Assembly (NCBI RefSeq): GCF_040938485.1 | Contig: NW_027270941.1 | Location: 620,001 to 684,000, forward strand | Source of the DNA: Diadema antillarum | Taxonomy: Eukaryota | Reading direction: 5' to 3' | DNA length: 64,000 bases | In this document: in pieces, positions 49,901-61,900 of the stretch | How the letters are laid out: every line of letters starts with the position of its first letter | Numbering within the stretch: the first letter of the stretch is position 1 | Made by a program: the position numbers and the translations under genes | The notes under the pieces: model-generated | What the model saw: only the letters and a program-made list of their open reading frames with translations | The model's database searches: none | Told to the model about the DNA's origin: nothing

Positions 49901-51061
49901 AATGCTCTAGAAATGTAAACTGGCAGGAGTTGCGCTTCTATTCGGGAACTGGTCAGTGATACCTAAATCATTGAGATACATGTACTATGCAATTCCTTGA
50001 TCTTTGCTGTAGATGCCTATACGATGCTGTATCTCAATATCAGTGTTGATGTAATGTTTATTATTTATAATATTTATGAAACTAGTTCTCTGTCCTTCTC
50101 TCTTTTGGGTACTATGTTCAGTACTATGTTGATGTAGTGGACAATTCATTGTGTATCGTGTATTTTTAATTCACGGACTGGCTGAAAAACAGCCTCCGGC
50201 TGAGCCTGTTACCGTGACAAAATAAAATAAATGAATGAATGAATGAATGGGTAATATGCATTCCTACTAGTTCGTGGTGGTGGTGGTGGTAGGACAGACT
50301 TCCTCCTGTACCCCAAAATCCTGGCAGTGCTATGCTCACACTCGTAATGCCATCTATCAAAAATGAATTGTGTAGTTCCAAATTTCATACAGTGCACTCC
50401 TGTTGTAAAAAACAAGGAAATAGAAAAATCCCCCTTACAAAGAATAGAAATTCAGGCCGCAACATTATTGGCTCATTGTTTCTTAATGTCTACTTGTTTG
50501 GTTATAAATAACGAAATTTTGATGTAACAAAAGCAAGGTGCCAGTCCCAAGAACTTCGTTATAACAGGAGTCCACAGCAAAACTTGCATGCAGATTCTCA
50601 AGATTCTGAATCATGTACCAGTTAGGTATTTTCCTACACTCTATTAAAATCAAAGTATTTTCACACTGCCACTTAGTTATGAATGCTGTCTTTACCATCA
50701 GTACTAATTTTGTCATACAGAGGAACGTTGTAATGTGGAACAAAAAACCATGGCAATTACAATGAAGCTTGTTATATCAGGTTTCTCACTTAGTATATAT
50801 TTGGCTACAAAAACAAGGAAATATAGAAAAGTTTGGACTTGTAGATTCAATTTGTTGTATAAGAGGGATTTGTTTTATCTGAACTATATAAAAGGTTCCA
50901 CTGTATAAGATCTAAATGCTATTTTAGAGATGAGATGATCTTAGTATTGTTTTTGATTGGGTGTCTCTCATTTTACTTTTCACTTTGCAGGTGGAAGGAG
51001 TTGCAGGACTGTAACACAGAGAGTGGGGAACACAATCACCACATACACCGACTGCTCATGA
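45199..51061 (+). CDS. DNAJB9: DnaJ homolog subfamily B member 9 (ERdj4), 244 aa, 4 coding exons
   Basis: Coding exons 45199-45424 (acceptor before 45142), 46017-46420, 46996-47029 and 50991-51061; phases 1,0,1; 735 nt in total. Signal-peptide-like N-terminus, J domain (DYYKVLGV...FHPDK...[19 protein letters not shown]), G/F-rich region, and C-terminal [19 protein letters not shown] matching the vertebrate DNAJB9 end. AATAAA at 51170. Confidence 0.93.
46698..46906. mobile_element. TA-flanked CTGTAAA-type MITE in DNAJB9 intron
   Basis: TA|CTGTAAAGCAAGG ... ctgattttacag|TA. Internal motifs (attttggcaaatt, aaattaaa) resemble 28366-28564. Confidence 0.65.
48122..48991. mobile_element. TA-flanked non-autonomous DNA transposon (870 bp) in the last DNAJB9 intron
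   Basis: TA|CCCCTTTCATATTG ... CAATATGAAAGGGG|TA. Internal repeats of caatatgaa(a/c)g at ~48193, 48269 and 48871. Perfect 34-bp palindrome at 48142-48175. Confidence 0.8.
50141..50249 (+). mobile_element. 5'-truncated copy of the 3' end of the same L2-like LINE family as 6200-11010
   Basis: acaattcattgtgtatcgtgtatttttaattcacggactggctgaaaaacagcctccggc...gtgacaaaataaaataa(tgaa)n, nearly identical to 10903-11010. Confidence 0.85.
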
Positions 51062-53891
51062 GAACTCTTGTGTGGAACAAACTGATACTCTTATGAGGCA
51101 GGACCCTTCAAAAGACAGACACAATTACATGTGTTATTGATGCCAATCATTTTTTTTTTTTTTTTGAGGAATAAATTTTCTGCAGATTCAATTACTCTTG
51201 TTCTTTGATGCGGAATCACGCCAGCCGACGCAGCTTTAAATGTAGGAGGATCTACTCATTTCCTCCTTTCTCTGCCAGGGTCACTGCTATTATGATTCAA
51301 TGAGAATTTCAACAGACAGTGCGGATTAGCTCACAAACATTGAATTCTGAAATTTCAGGGCTCCTAATTGTTTCATAGTAAAAGTTGCAACAATCCTTGG
51401 AGCCAACGATTCACGGCGCACACTGGTTGTGTTCGTTTCAATTCTGGAACGCCTTCTTGCGGAAGATGTGTGAACACACTATGATACAGACATTGTATGC
51501 CATAATTATGAACTGCCAGATGTAGATTTCACAGCCCACAATGATTGACTCGGGAAATGGAGTGTCAGTCATGGCAATGCAGCTGCGTTTGAAGGATGGT
51601 GCCTGTCTTCACATCGAATTTGTCCTGTGGCTTCCAGCAACTGCCCAAGACGTGAGAGAAGCTTTACCAGTGCCACAAAATTCACAAGGATTCATTCTTA
51701 TCGCTTCAGCTACAAAATATATATGATAATGTTTGTGTGATTGTCACCAGCATCAGACATAGCAAAATGAAATGAAATGAAATGATTTTTAAACAGTGCC
51801 ACGAAAAGGGTCTCTGCTATCTCTTTGAAATGCGTCTAGGCAACCAGTTTCTTGAATGTAATCAATTTTATGGATATATAAACTTGTGCTTGCTTTTCGA
51901 AAGTATGAAGACTCCAAACCAAAAAAAAAGAAAAGAAAAAATAGTACTAGGGTGATTGTAATTGAAAACAATAATCTAAGAATGAAAATGGATTTCAGTG
52001 AATGACAATCAAATAGGATTGATTTTATTGCCTTACCACTGTGAGGTCTCTTTTGTCAGACTTGTGAAGACACTGTGAAGTCTCAGTGCATAGTACAATA
52101 TGTGGAAGAAATTTTCTACACCATTGAAATTACATGACAATACAATGCCATCTATGATGCTGATAACGTGCAGTTTAATTAGTCCATGTTAATTGAATTG
52201 TGGTCTTATGAAAGAAAGAGTTTTGATGTTGATTTTTTTTGTATGAATTCCATAAGTTTCTGTAGCAGAATTTGTTCCTCTTTTGGGTAAAGTACAGTCA
52301 TCTTGCTGTTCCTCATTGTGAGTTAGCCTCTCTTGAGTTGTGCAAACGGCTAGGTTGACACACCAATATTCCAGATTGGCTCTTAAAGGGAGAGTTTCTA
52401 CGATGTAACATTGATATGGATGCAGTGATTACAGAAAAATCATTGAAACATTTCTTGAGAGTTTGAGGAAAATTGGACGATGAGTTCAACAATTTTGAAG
52501 TTACAAAGTTATGGTTGATCCCATGTGCAAATGGGAACTCTAAGACACTTGGGAGATGTAATAGCTGTAGAACAAAGAGAAGAAAGTATAACGGGATCAT
52601 ATTTCCAGGATATTAACAGATCACTTGACCAAGATCCCTTAGAGCAGTGCCGCTTAACTGATGGGCCACCAAGCTCTCTCAGGCAGGCTGGATGTCTGCC
52701 TAAAATGAAATAGAAAAGATTTGTATTCGATCTGACTGGGCCTTGAAAAATATTGCAGGAGCCAAAGTAGGCCTTGGGTTTCAGGCTGAGAAGAATGGCC
52801 CTGGAGCACTTGGAGAATAATATTCGCCCATAACATATCTTGGTAACGGGTCTATAGTAAATGTGTACACTTCAAAAAAGATTTATGAAATTCCTTTTAC
52901 TCATCACAAATTGTTGTAGAGTCCCTAAACATATACAGTGTACATATATTGCGCAATGTGGGATCAAGCAAAACTTTATAAAGTTCAGAACAATTGAATA
53001 GATTGTCTTAATTTCCTCGAACTGATCTTCTGGCATTTACTGCATCCCCATACAAGTCTGTGCCGGAAATTTATTCTTTTGTCAGTGTTTGGAGTGCATG
53101 AAGTGTGTGGACCATGTTTATGAGTTAAATTCTTTGTTTGGATCTAATGGATGTAATGTCTAAAAAGCTTTATTTTGTGTGTTTGAATGTCATGCAATTT
53201 ACTGAAGATATCTGGTTTTGCAAACAAATATCTAATTGACTTGGGAAGGAAACAATATAAAGGTACACTCTGAAAATATAGAGTCCTGGTCCTCTTTCTG
53301 CTCCTCAGGTTTGAAAGACTTTTCTGTTTAGTAGTGACAAAGTTTTCATAAGTGATGATCCTGTCCACTGTTGAAATCTGACTGATATCAAGACTGTTTT
53401 TAGAACTGTGGTACAAGTAGTGCAATGCAACAGCACAGTGAGTACAGTTATTCAGATTCATTCTTAAGAATAAACCGTATTTGATTGGTGCTTGCACGTA
53501 TCATGTAATAGATTGAAGAATACTGTTTATATCATTTTCCATTTCATCAGTCTGTTTTCTGCACAAGTTGCAGAGGAAAACATACTTGTTAGATTCCAAA
53601 TAGCACTGCATGTTATCCAGAGCCTTAACAGGAAATTAAGGATTTCAATAATTAACTGGCTATCTAAGCTGTGTGACGAGCAACAACCAGAAAAAAAGTT
53701 ATTTCATTCATTTTCTTTTAAAAGTCATTTTGAACCTTATGCACATTATGTTTGCTCAACATCGTTATTTTTATATGTGTGTCATGGTGCAATGGTTTTA
53801 TTCAGTGTAGTGAGGTAAGTATCAATTAATGTCCAGTTTTTTATCAGCTTTCATTTGAAAGTGAAAAGTGACCAATCAAAGGACATAACAT

Positions 53892-54081
53892 AGTCAACTT
53901 CGCCTACGTTGACCTCATGCTCACAGGTTGCAAAATTGGCTAAGTCGAAGAAAGATTTAACCCCCAATGACTATGAACATATGAGACTTACAATGTTGTA
54001 TGTTCTGTATTAAAATCGAAATTCATGAAAGTCAAAGGATTTTCTCTGGACCCTTTGCATTTGACGTAGGCGAAGTTGACT
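53892..54081. mobile_element. 190-bp MITE with perfect 18-bp TIRs
   Basis: AGTCAACTTCGCCTACGT (53892-53909) and ACGTAGGCGAAGTTGACT (54064-54081). TSD not evident. Confidence 0.7.
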
Positions 54082-54084
54082 GCA

Positions 54085-55139
54085 CAGTGGACTCCTGCTG
54101 TAACAAAGTCCTCAGGACTGGCATTTTTTGTCCCCGCCGAACGAGTTCGAGCAGGGGACTATGAAACGGGCTCCGTGTGTGTCCGTGCGTCCGTCCGTCC
54201 GTGCGTCCGTCCGTGTGTGCGTCCGTGTGTGATCAAAATGTTAAATTTGCTACTTCTCTGTCATTTATGAGCCAATTTTGATTCTGTTTGCTTTATATGA
54301 TAGCACTACATGGGAGCTTTAAAACTTGTTCACAGAATTTCAGTTGTGACCTTTGACCTTGACCTTTGACCTATATTGTACATTTTGCTACAAAATGCTA
54401 CTCCTTCGCCATTTCTAACCCGATTTCGATTCCGTTTGCTTTATGTGATGGCACTAGGTGAGGGCTTCAAAACTTCTACACAGAATTTTGACCTTTGACT
54501 TCTTTGACCTTTGACCTTGATTTTTGACCTATGTTGTACATTTTGCTACAAAATGCTACTCCTTCGCCATTTCTAACCCGATTTCGATTCCGTTTGCTTT
54601 ATATGATGGCACTTGGTGAGGGCTTCAAAACTTCTACACAGAATTTTGACCTTTGACTTCTTTGACCTTTGACCTTGATTTTTGACCTATATTGTGCATT
54701 TTGCTACAAAATGCTACTCCTTCGCCATTTCTAACCCGATTTCGATTCCGTTTGCTTTATGTGATAGCACTAGGTGAGGGCTTCAAAACTTCTACACAGA
54801 ATTTTGACCTTTGTCTTCTTTGACCTTTGACCTTGATTTTTGACCTTTATTGTACATTGGCTACAAAATGCTACTCCTTCGCCATTTCTAACCCAATTTC
54901 GATTCCATTTGCTTTATGTGATGGCACTAGGTGAGGGCTTCAAAACTTCTACACAGAATTTTGACCTTTGACTTCTTTGACCTTTGACCTTGATTTTTTA
55001 CCTATATTGCACATTTTGTTACAAAATGCTACTTCCGGCGGGGACATATATTACGCACCGCGTAATTTCTACTTTTCCTTGTATTTTGTTGTAACTGGAA
55101 TTTTGTTATGACCATGTTCGTTATAACAGGAGTACACTG
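54085..55139. mobile_element. Tigger/pogo-like MITE split by a HINE insertion
   Basis: Left end CAGTGGACTCCTGCTGTAACAAAG; right end rc CAGTGTACTCCTGTTATAACGAAC followed by TA. A related fragment lies at ~50490-50580. Confidence 0.7.
54124..55072 (+). mobile_element. Helentron-associated interspersed element (HINE; DINE-1/pearl/Tsp-like) with a 158-bp tandem array
   Basis: T-run, then subterminal IR GTCCCCGCCG (54130-54139) and (GTCC)n-like microsatellite. About 5 tandem units (caaaatgcta at 54391, 54549, 54707, 54864, 55022). Then CGGCGGGGAC (55036-55045), hairpin ATTACGC-acc-GCGTAAT (55050-55066) and a T-rich exit. Confidence 0.85.
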
Positions 55140-56441
55140 TATTGTGTTTGAATGGTCGATGCCTTTCAGTAGTCCATGTAAACTTTCTGCTCTTCCATCC
55201 TTAAATGTGGTTTCTTGTGTAATTTGTGTTTATTCCAGTCAGATTTTGGGTGAAATGTATATATTCAAGGTATGTCTGTTGTCATGCTCTAGACTATTAA
55301 TGAAGAAGAAGAGGTATATTTATCTGTCATTTGTGAAATTAGAATGGAAAAAGAAATGTTTATATTTCTGAAAAGATTTTTAATAAATATTTAATTTCAG
55401 GAAATCTGCGTTGAATGACTCATACAGTGTGGAATTATTTTTCGTTTTCATTGTTGTAGCATTGTCAGTATTTTGCTATGAGTATTTTATGGCACTTTAA
55501 TCCACCTTTCCTTAGAAATGTTGATAGAGGACAATGTTCACATTTTCTTTGATCATTTAGGAACCGTGTCTGACATTGCATTTTATTGGTACATGTACAT
55601 TGATATATTCAAGATTTATCTGGCATGTACATGTATCAAGTGTACTAGTTTGTACTCCCGGGAATATACAACGTTAAGTGCAGGGTACACGACATGTACA
55701 TGTTATGAATGTGTGAGTGCATGAATCTGCAGTGCAATTTAGAAGCAAAATATTGTACACTGTACAGTCAGTCTTGCCAAAGTCAAATCCCTTCAACTTT
55801 GGTGAATTTTGACTCACACAATTGAATTAAATTGAATTACCACATGTTTATATCCATCTGGGAAGAATTTTTCTTTGACGTAGCCAATATTACTGACTTT
55901 TTTAGGTAAGGCTGACTCTGCTTACGTCTGTGTATACAGCTGCATACACCATATTTTTACGATTGTGTACGTGTATTGTGTGTGTGAGGATTTTGAGGGT
56001 TGACATTTGTACCTGTGAGGGAGAAATTTATGATCGCAACGTCGCATGTTGCAATAGCGCCCTCATATTCATAGGTAGCACGCTGGGTTTGTTGGAATTC
56101 GGGGTTCCATTGTACACGGTGATATAATACATAGGGTCAGAGGTCTATTGAAGAAAAAAAGAATGCCATATTGTATTTTATAATCGGTGCTGCAATACAA
56201 GATGCATTCTTCAACCATTAATACTTCTAAAGCTTCCCTGATAGATAAGACCATAACAAACCGGAAGAAGATGATTCTCAATACATTATTATGTACAAAC
56301 TCCAAAAGACGCGTATCCGAAAGTCTCTGAATGATTACAGTATAAGTGATATCAGATCCACCAATAACAAAATGCTCAATCCACATTGTCACACTTGAAT
56401 CATCACAATATTGTATTTGGTATTATGTATACCTATCTTAA

Positions 56442-56812
56442 AGTGATGGTATAGTATTGGTGGAGATGAAGATTGGCCTTCTGACTTTTTTTGTGAGATA
56501 TCAAGAAACATACAGAGCATATTCTAAGAGGAATTCAAAGTTTATTAGGTGAAAATCGGTGTCGGAATGGCTGAGACATCCAAAAACAAAGTAAAACAAA
56601 GTAATCCTAATAAAAGGTGGGTCCCACCTTTTATTAGGATTACTCTGTTTTTTGACATCCCAGCCATGTCAAAACCAGTTATTTTCATCAAGTGAACGTT
56701 GAATCCCTCTGAAATTACAAGCGCTTTTATATCTTATAAGAGGTTTCTCGTTATCTCACCAAAAAATGTCAGAAACCTGAAGTTAGGTCCAAACCAAAAC
56801 TATACAATCCCT
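56442..56812. mobile_element. Kolobok-like TTAA MITE (371 bp)
   Basis: TTAA|AGTGATGGTATAGTATTGGT ... rc AGGGATTGTATAGTTTTGGT|TTAA; purine-purine start and TTAA TSD. Confidence 0.78.
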
Positions 56813-58570
56813 TTAATATTTAGTCGAGCGTGAATTATTTTCCTCTTTTTGTGCCAAGGTTCCAACTTCGTAGAGCACCACCCTTTTGCCAATATCTATC
56901 TCATTGTTTTAACTTACGTTTATCAGAAGAATCTTGAAGGCATCTTAATTTGGGCTTTGCCATCTCTCTGTTTCGTAATGTCATTCACACATTTTTTTTT
57001 TCTCGCTGCTTAGCTGAGATTATCATAAATCTTCATCTACCGATATTCATCACGAGTTGCCTGCATGGATGGGAACCCTCAACCTCGACACTGTTTTCCA
57101 TCCCCGCAGCTCCCATCATCAAATCGATCGTATAACCAATGCGACTGCGTTTTTAGTTGGGAGGAAGGCCCGCTGCGCTGCCCGTGTAAGTGATTCAATC
57201 GTCGCAATTAACCCCGGGCGAGAGGATAACCTCGTCTCCAGGCAGATGTTATCGTTCCTCTGCTCCTGGTAGGTCTTCGCCAAGAGCTGGATACCTAAGT
57301 AACTCCGTCGAGGAGGATAAGATGAGAACATCCTTCTCGACACCACCAATCTGGGACATCTGTTACGCGAGCGTTAGTCCAAAGAGCGTGTAGATAAACG
57401 CCTGCCTCGCTGACATGTAGGGTGAAAATTCTTTTTTTTTTCTTACTCCATGTTTCTTTTTTGGTATGAACTACTTATGTATAGCTCTGCCTTGGATCCG
57501 TCATTTTGGAATAAAAATCGTTTGCGCCATGTATTGAACAGATATCAGCTTTATTTTTTTTTCGCCGTGCTTGCCTCTTCGTTTTATTGTTTGGTTTTCG
57601 CTTTTGTTTTCGTTGTGTGTATGTACTTTAAAAACCAAACAAACAAAAGGACATACCACTTCTAATTAGTGATTCCAACTTAAATCATCATCCAAGCGGT
57701 GATACATGTACTGTGATACGACGGAAATTCAGATTCAAGAAAATGTGGATGAAATAGTTGCTGGTTCCACCGTGATTGGGGGGAAGAGCCAAGAGATGAT
57801 AAAGGTCCACCTTATTGCGGAGGCAAGGAAACTGATTTGCGATGTGCTTAATATGCTACAATACGGAATGAATAGCTCTTCGCGATAGTTTGCCAACACG
57901 AAACGCTGATGTCGTTCTGCGCAGTGGAAAATATGACGTGTCTTTGGGATGCGCGAAAGATCGGAGGCGCTCTATTCGTGGTGTACCAACTCCTGTCGTG
58001 GATTATCAGAGCAGGTAAGGTTCTTATTGATGTAGGCTACGTTTGTGAGTGGTGTCCTCTTGTAGATATTGAATTGACCAAAATACTGAATTCACAGGTC
58101 CGACATCATTTTCTGCACATCTTCATACACCCATGGCATGTTTGCTGTATTTAAAAAATGACGCATTTTCTAATTCCTGAATACCCTCAACGCAATTCGA
58201 TAACATGTTGAGAGGTATACATACATTTTCCCCCTTGATATTATTGATTTCATTCAATTATTCATGAATTAACCCATTCTGGGTGTAACTTGAACAAAAA
58301 CAATACAAATACAATTCAAAACACAAAACAAATTCATTTTTCAATTTATACTGCAAATAACCTCTCTTCAACATGAATAAGTCGGTTATATGAATCAACC
58401 CCACTGATAATTTCTTTACGAGAAAATATTGACATACATACATACATACATACACCACAAACACACACACACATACATTGGGATGAATGTTAATGAATAT
58501 TGTCGTAAGTAACATCCTGAACAATCATGAGCAGGGCCTTATGAAATCATTTTTGAAACGTTTAGCCTGC

Positions 58571-58572
<2 letters not shown>

Positions 58573-58610
<38 letters not shown>
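58573..58610. repeat. (GA)n microsatellite
   Basis: Direct reading. Other simple repeats: poly-C 48-78, (CA)n ~25186-25228 and ~37240-37273, (GT)n ~38977-39009, (CT)n ~46924-46950. Confidence 0.95.
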
Positions 58611-58615
<5 letters not shown>

Positions 58616-58886
58616 GAGAGCATCTCCAGAACTTATTACAGAGTGTTGCATGCAGAACTAAAACAATCAACTGTATAATCCCAACCGGAGGCGGCTTTGG
58701 GGAGGGGGATGGGGGAAGGGTGACTACCCCTGATGCGTAATGAATAGAGGGGGCATTTCTTGCTGCTGATTAATAACTCTTTCGGGAACCTTTACCTCAT
58801 TTTTTACTCCAATCACCACAAAACGATTTTCCTAATTTAATCACATGCAAATGAAACATCATACTCGCGTTCCAACACACACTCAG

Positions 58887-58919
<33 letters not shown>

Positions 58920-61900
58920 AGACAGAGAAATCGTTTCCATAGAGACTGTCTGGGTCATCAGTATGCCCTATATTTTGTGTGCGTTTATGTTCTGGGTTCA
59001 TATGCCTATTATTTTCATCTTTCATGTGCCGTACTGTATTATGTTTCGTTCGCGTGTGTGTTCATGTGTGTGTGTGTGTGCGTGTGTGTGAAAGTGTGTT
59101 TGCGTGTGAAAGTGTGTATGAGCACGCACAAGAGAGAGAGAGCATACTGTGAGTGCATGCTTGTATTCTTTGGAGAAAATTCATGTGAAAGTGAATATAG
59201 TGAAATTGGAAATTGCTCATGGAAAAAAAAATAACGGGGATGGGGAGGGGTAAAAGAGAAACTTTCACAATCAGCATCCCGTCGGTTGATATTGATCAGT
59301 TACCAGAACAGCTAAAGGATGAGGGGGTGGGGGGGGGGGGGTGGGGTGTGTCCGTGCCTTCATTCTATCATCCTCGTTTCTGCTAGCAAGTGAGTTCGAT
59401 TCAATAAAAATTTGATTCAGCCCGTTTCATCATCCAATATCAAAAACACAGCGGTTATCAAATATTTGAGCGAAATTTTGCGTGCATTCGTAGTGAACAT
59501 TGACAAAATATAAACGGATAGAACGGCACCTGAATAAATTTCCACCGTCTAACCGCTCTAAGACTACAGCCGTATGGTTATGAAATGGCAATCTTCCACA
59601 CCATGTTAAAGATTAACTTTACTGAACAGAGAAAGTTTTGAATGAGAGTTCACCAAAAAGTTATTCAGGTTTCCCCAGGCATGTCTTCATAAAGAAGGTG
59701 ATATTGATATTAACCAAAATATGCAAATAAGGTCATCATGGTGTCATGACGTCAAAAAATCTCCCATTGCACACAACGAATCTTAATTTTAGTTCCATTT
59801 ATTAACATAACATAAAAATTATGAGCCACATGTTTTTGTCGTTTCGCAAAAAAAAAAAATGCAATGATCTAGCAATATGGTGACCACTGCACTGCATGTC
59901 AAGGGGTTGAAGTTGCCAAAATATGAACCCACAGATGCGAGAGTTTATGATATTGTGTTGTGTGTGTGCGTGTGTGTGTGTGCTCAGACAAAAGGGAGGC
60001 TTATGAAAGCAATGAAGCAAAACTTTGAGACGTCATAACTTTCTCATCTTATAAGATGAGAAAGTTATGAGGGAAATCGGAAATATATTTCCGATTTGAC
60101 TGAAGCTTTAACTCTAAGGCTTCTGTTCGTCCGATTTTACAGTTTTTGATTGTTTGTTTGTTTATTTATTCATTTATTTTATCAATGTCGAGTTGCACAG
60201 TAAGTGGAATCGCCTTATGAAGTCAGACTAGGTCACTAACTCCGTTTCTTTGGGGGCGCAGTCCTGCAGTCCTCGAACGGAATTTGACCTGACAAGTTGG
60301 GGCGCGATTACGCTTTGTAATAAATGTGATTTGGTCACAGTAAACTGTGTTTAGCAAGAGGTTCATCTTCTCTCACCGAAAAGTCCATGGAGAAAATCGC
60401 GCTGGGGCCCTTTTCCTCAATTGACGCTCCTATCTCCCCCCCCCCCCCCAAGTTCTGTTTTCTCCGCGGCCCGCTATATATCTTTCTATCTCGGAGGAAG
60501 TATTATTATAGTATTGCTTTTGAAACATGTAGGCAACGACAAAACAGTTTTTTTTTTCTGTCCTCACAATCATCCCTTGTATGGCCCTCGCAGCAAATAG
60601 ATTTGATTTTAGCGCACCTCAAGTATAAGTTCTACTAAAATCCACTGCCCCCTGTGTTAGCGCCAGGAATGAGCCACGTAGGGCCTACATGCACTGCTGA
60701 CAAGACTTACTCATGGCTTTTTCTACGCGTGAAGCATACAGAGAAATTGAACTGTGATTTATAAAGGAAACCCGCAACTCAATATATTGGGACTTTGCGT
60801 GCTCTGTGGGCGTCCGTACCGAAAAGAACGGTAACAAACACAACTTTCCGTTATGCAAATCAAATTTGTCAGGAGACAAATTTGCAGAGAAACTAAGATA
60901 TTGATATTATAGGTACCCTTACTTCATTCTAACCATTTTAGGATGAAACTTCGAGCAAAGCAAAAGCCCTCAATACTTGAAACTATACCAGCCCACGCCT
61001 CATCATCACTATGTATATGGAAAGCGAATGCAGTTAGTACATCGTCGGCGATGATTCGCATGTTTGGACAAAACAGTGTCTTTTTTAAATGAGATTAATG
61101 ACAAAGATAGTGTATGACTTGTGTAAAACTTTTTTTTGGGGGGGGGTGCGGGGGAGGGGGTCAGTTTTTGCACCTCGTATGAGGACCAAACATCAAGCGC
61201 AGAAGGGATTGCTGCATGCATTACTCTTCTCTACACAGACTAACTTGTTTGTTTCTTTCTTTGTTTTTGGTTTGTCTTTTCAAAGGAGTAAGATCTCTTA
61301 GCATCCGCATTATTAACATATCATATACCATCGATTTGGCGCGAATTTTAAAGCAAGTTATTTTGCCAAATTAAAAGCCATTTAAGTCTGTTGTCTCGGT
61401 GGAGCTCCCCCTCCTCCCTCCCCCTCCAACCCTATCTCTTTCTCTGTGTGTGTGTGGTGTTGGTTTTTTTTTTTGTGTGTGTGTATGTAAGTATAATCAT
61501 AATGTAAGCATGCTCCATTTCACAGGGAGCTATACAGAGTCAAATTGGCGTAGTATTGATTGGCCTGCGAACAAGAAAGGAAAACAATACTCTCATACCT
61601 TGTTACCCAGGCAGGTAGAGTTCATTAAAGGTCCTATACATGATAGTAATTGCGCGACTCCGTAACATGCCCCGAAAGTTCCCCGACTTTATTTTGTAAT
61701 CGACTCCATCCTGTTGTTTGAGGTGCTTCTGGTGATATGGAAACTTCTTCTTCCTACACAGCTTTGCATAACTCTTTGTGAACAATTTTCCACATTAGCC
61801 TATCAGTTGTCGCGTTGTATTAATGCAATGTAATATGAAAATTATGTAACCGATATTCATTTAACTCTCCCTATTACTAATTTCTACCTTTGTCTGGTCG

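Noticed and set aside
54240-55030. CRISPR or coding repeat
   Set aside because: The 158-bp units are near-identical throughout with no spacers and no ORF; they belong to the HINE.
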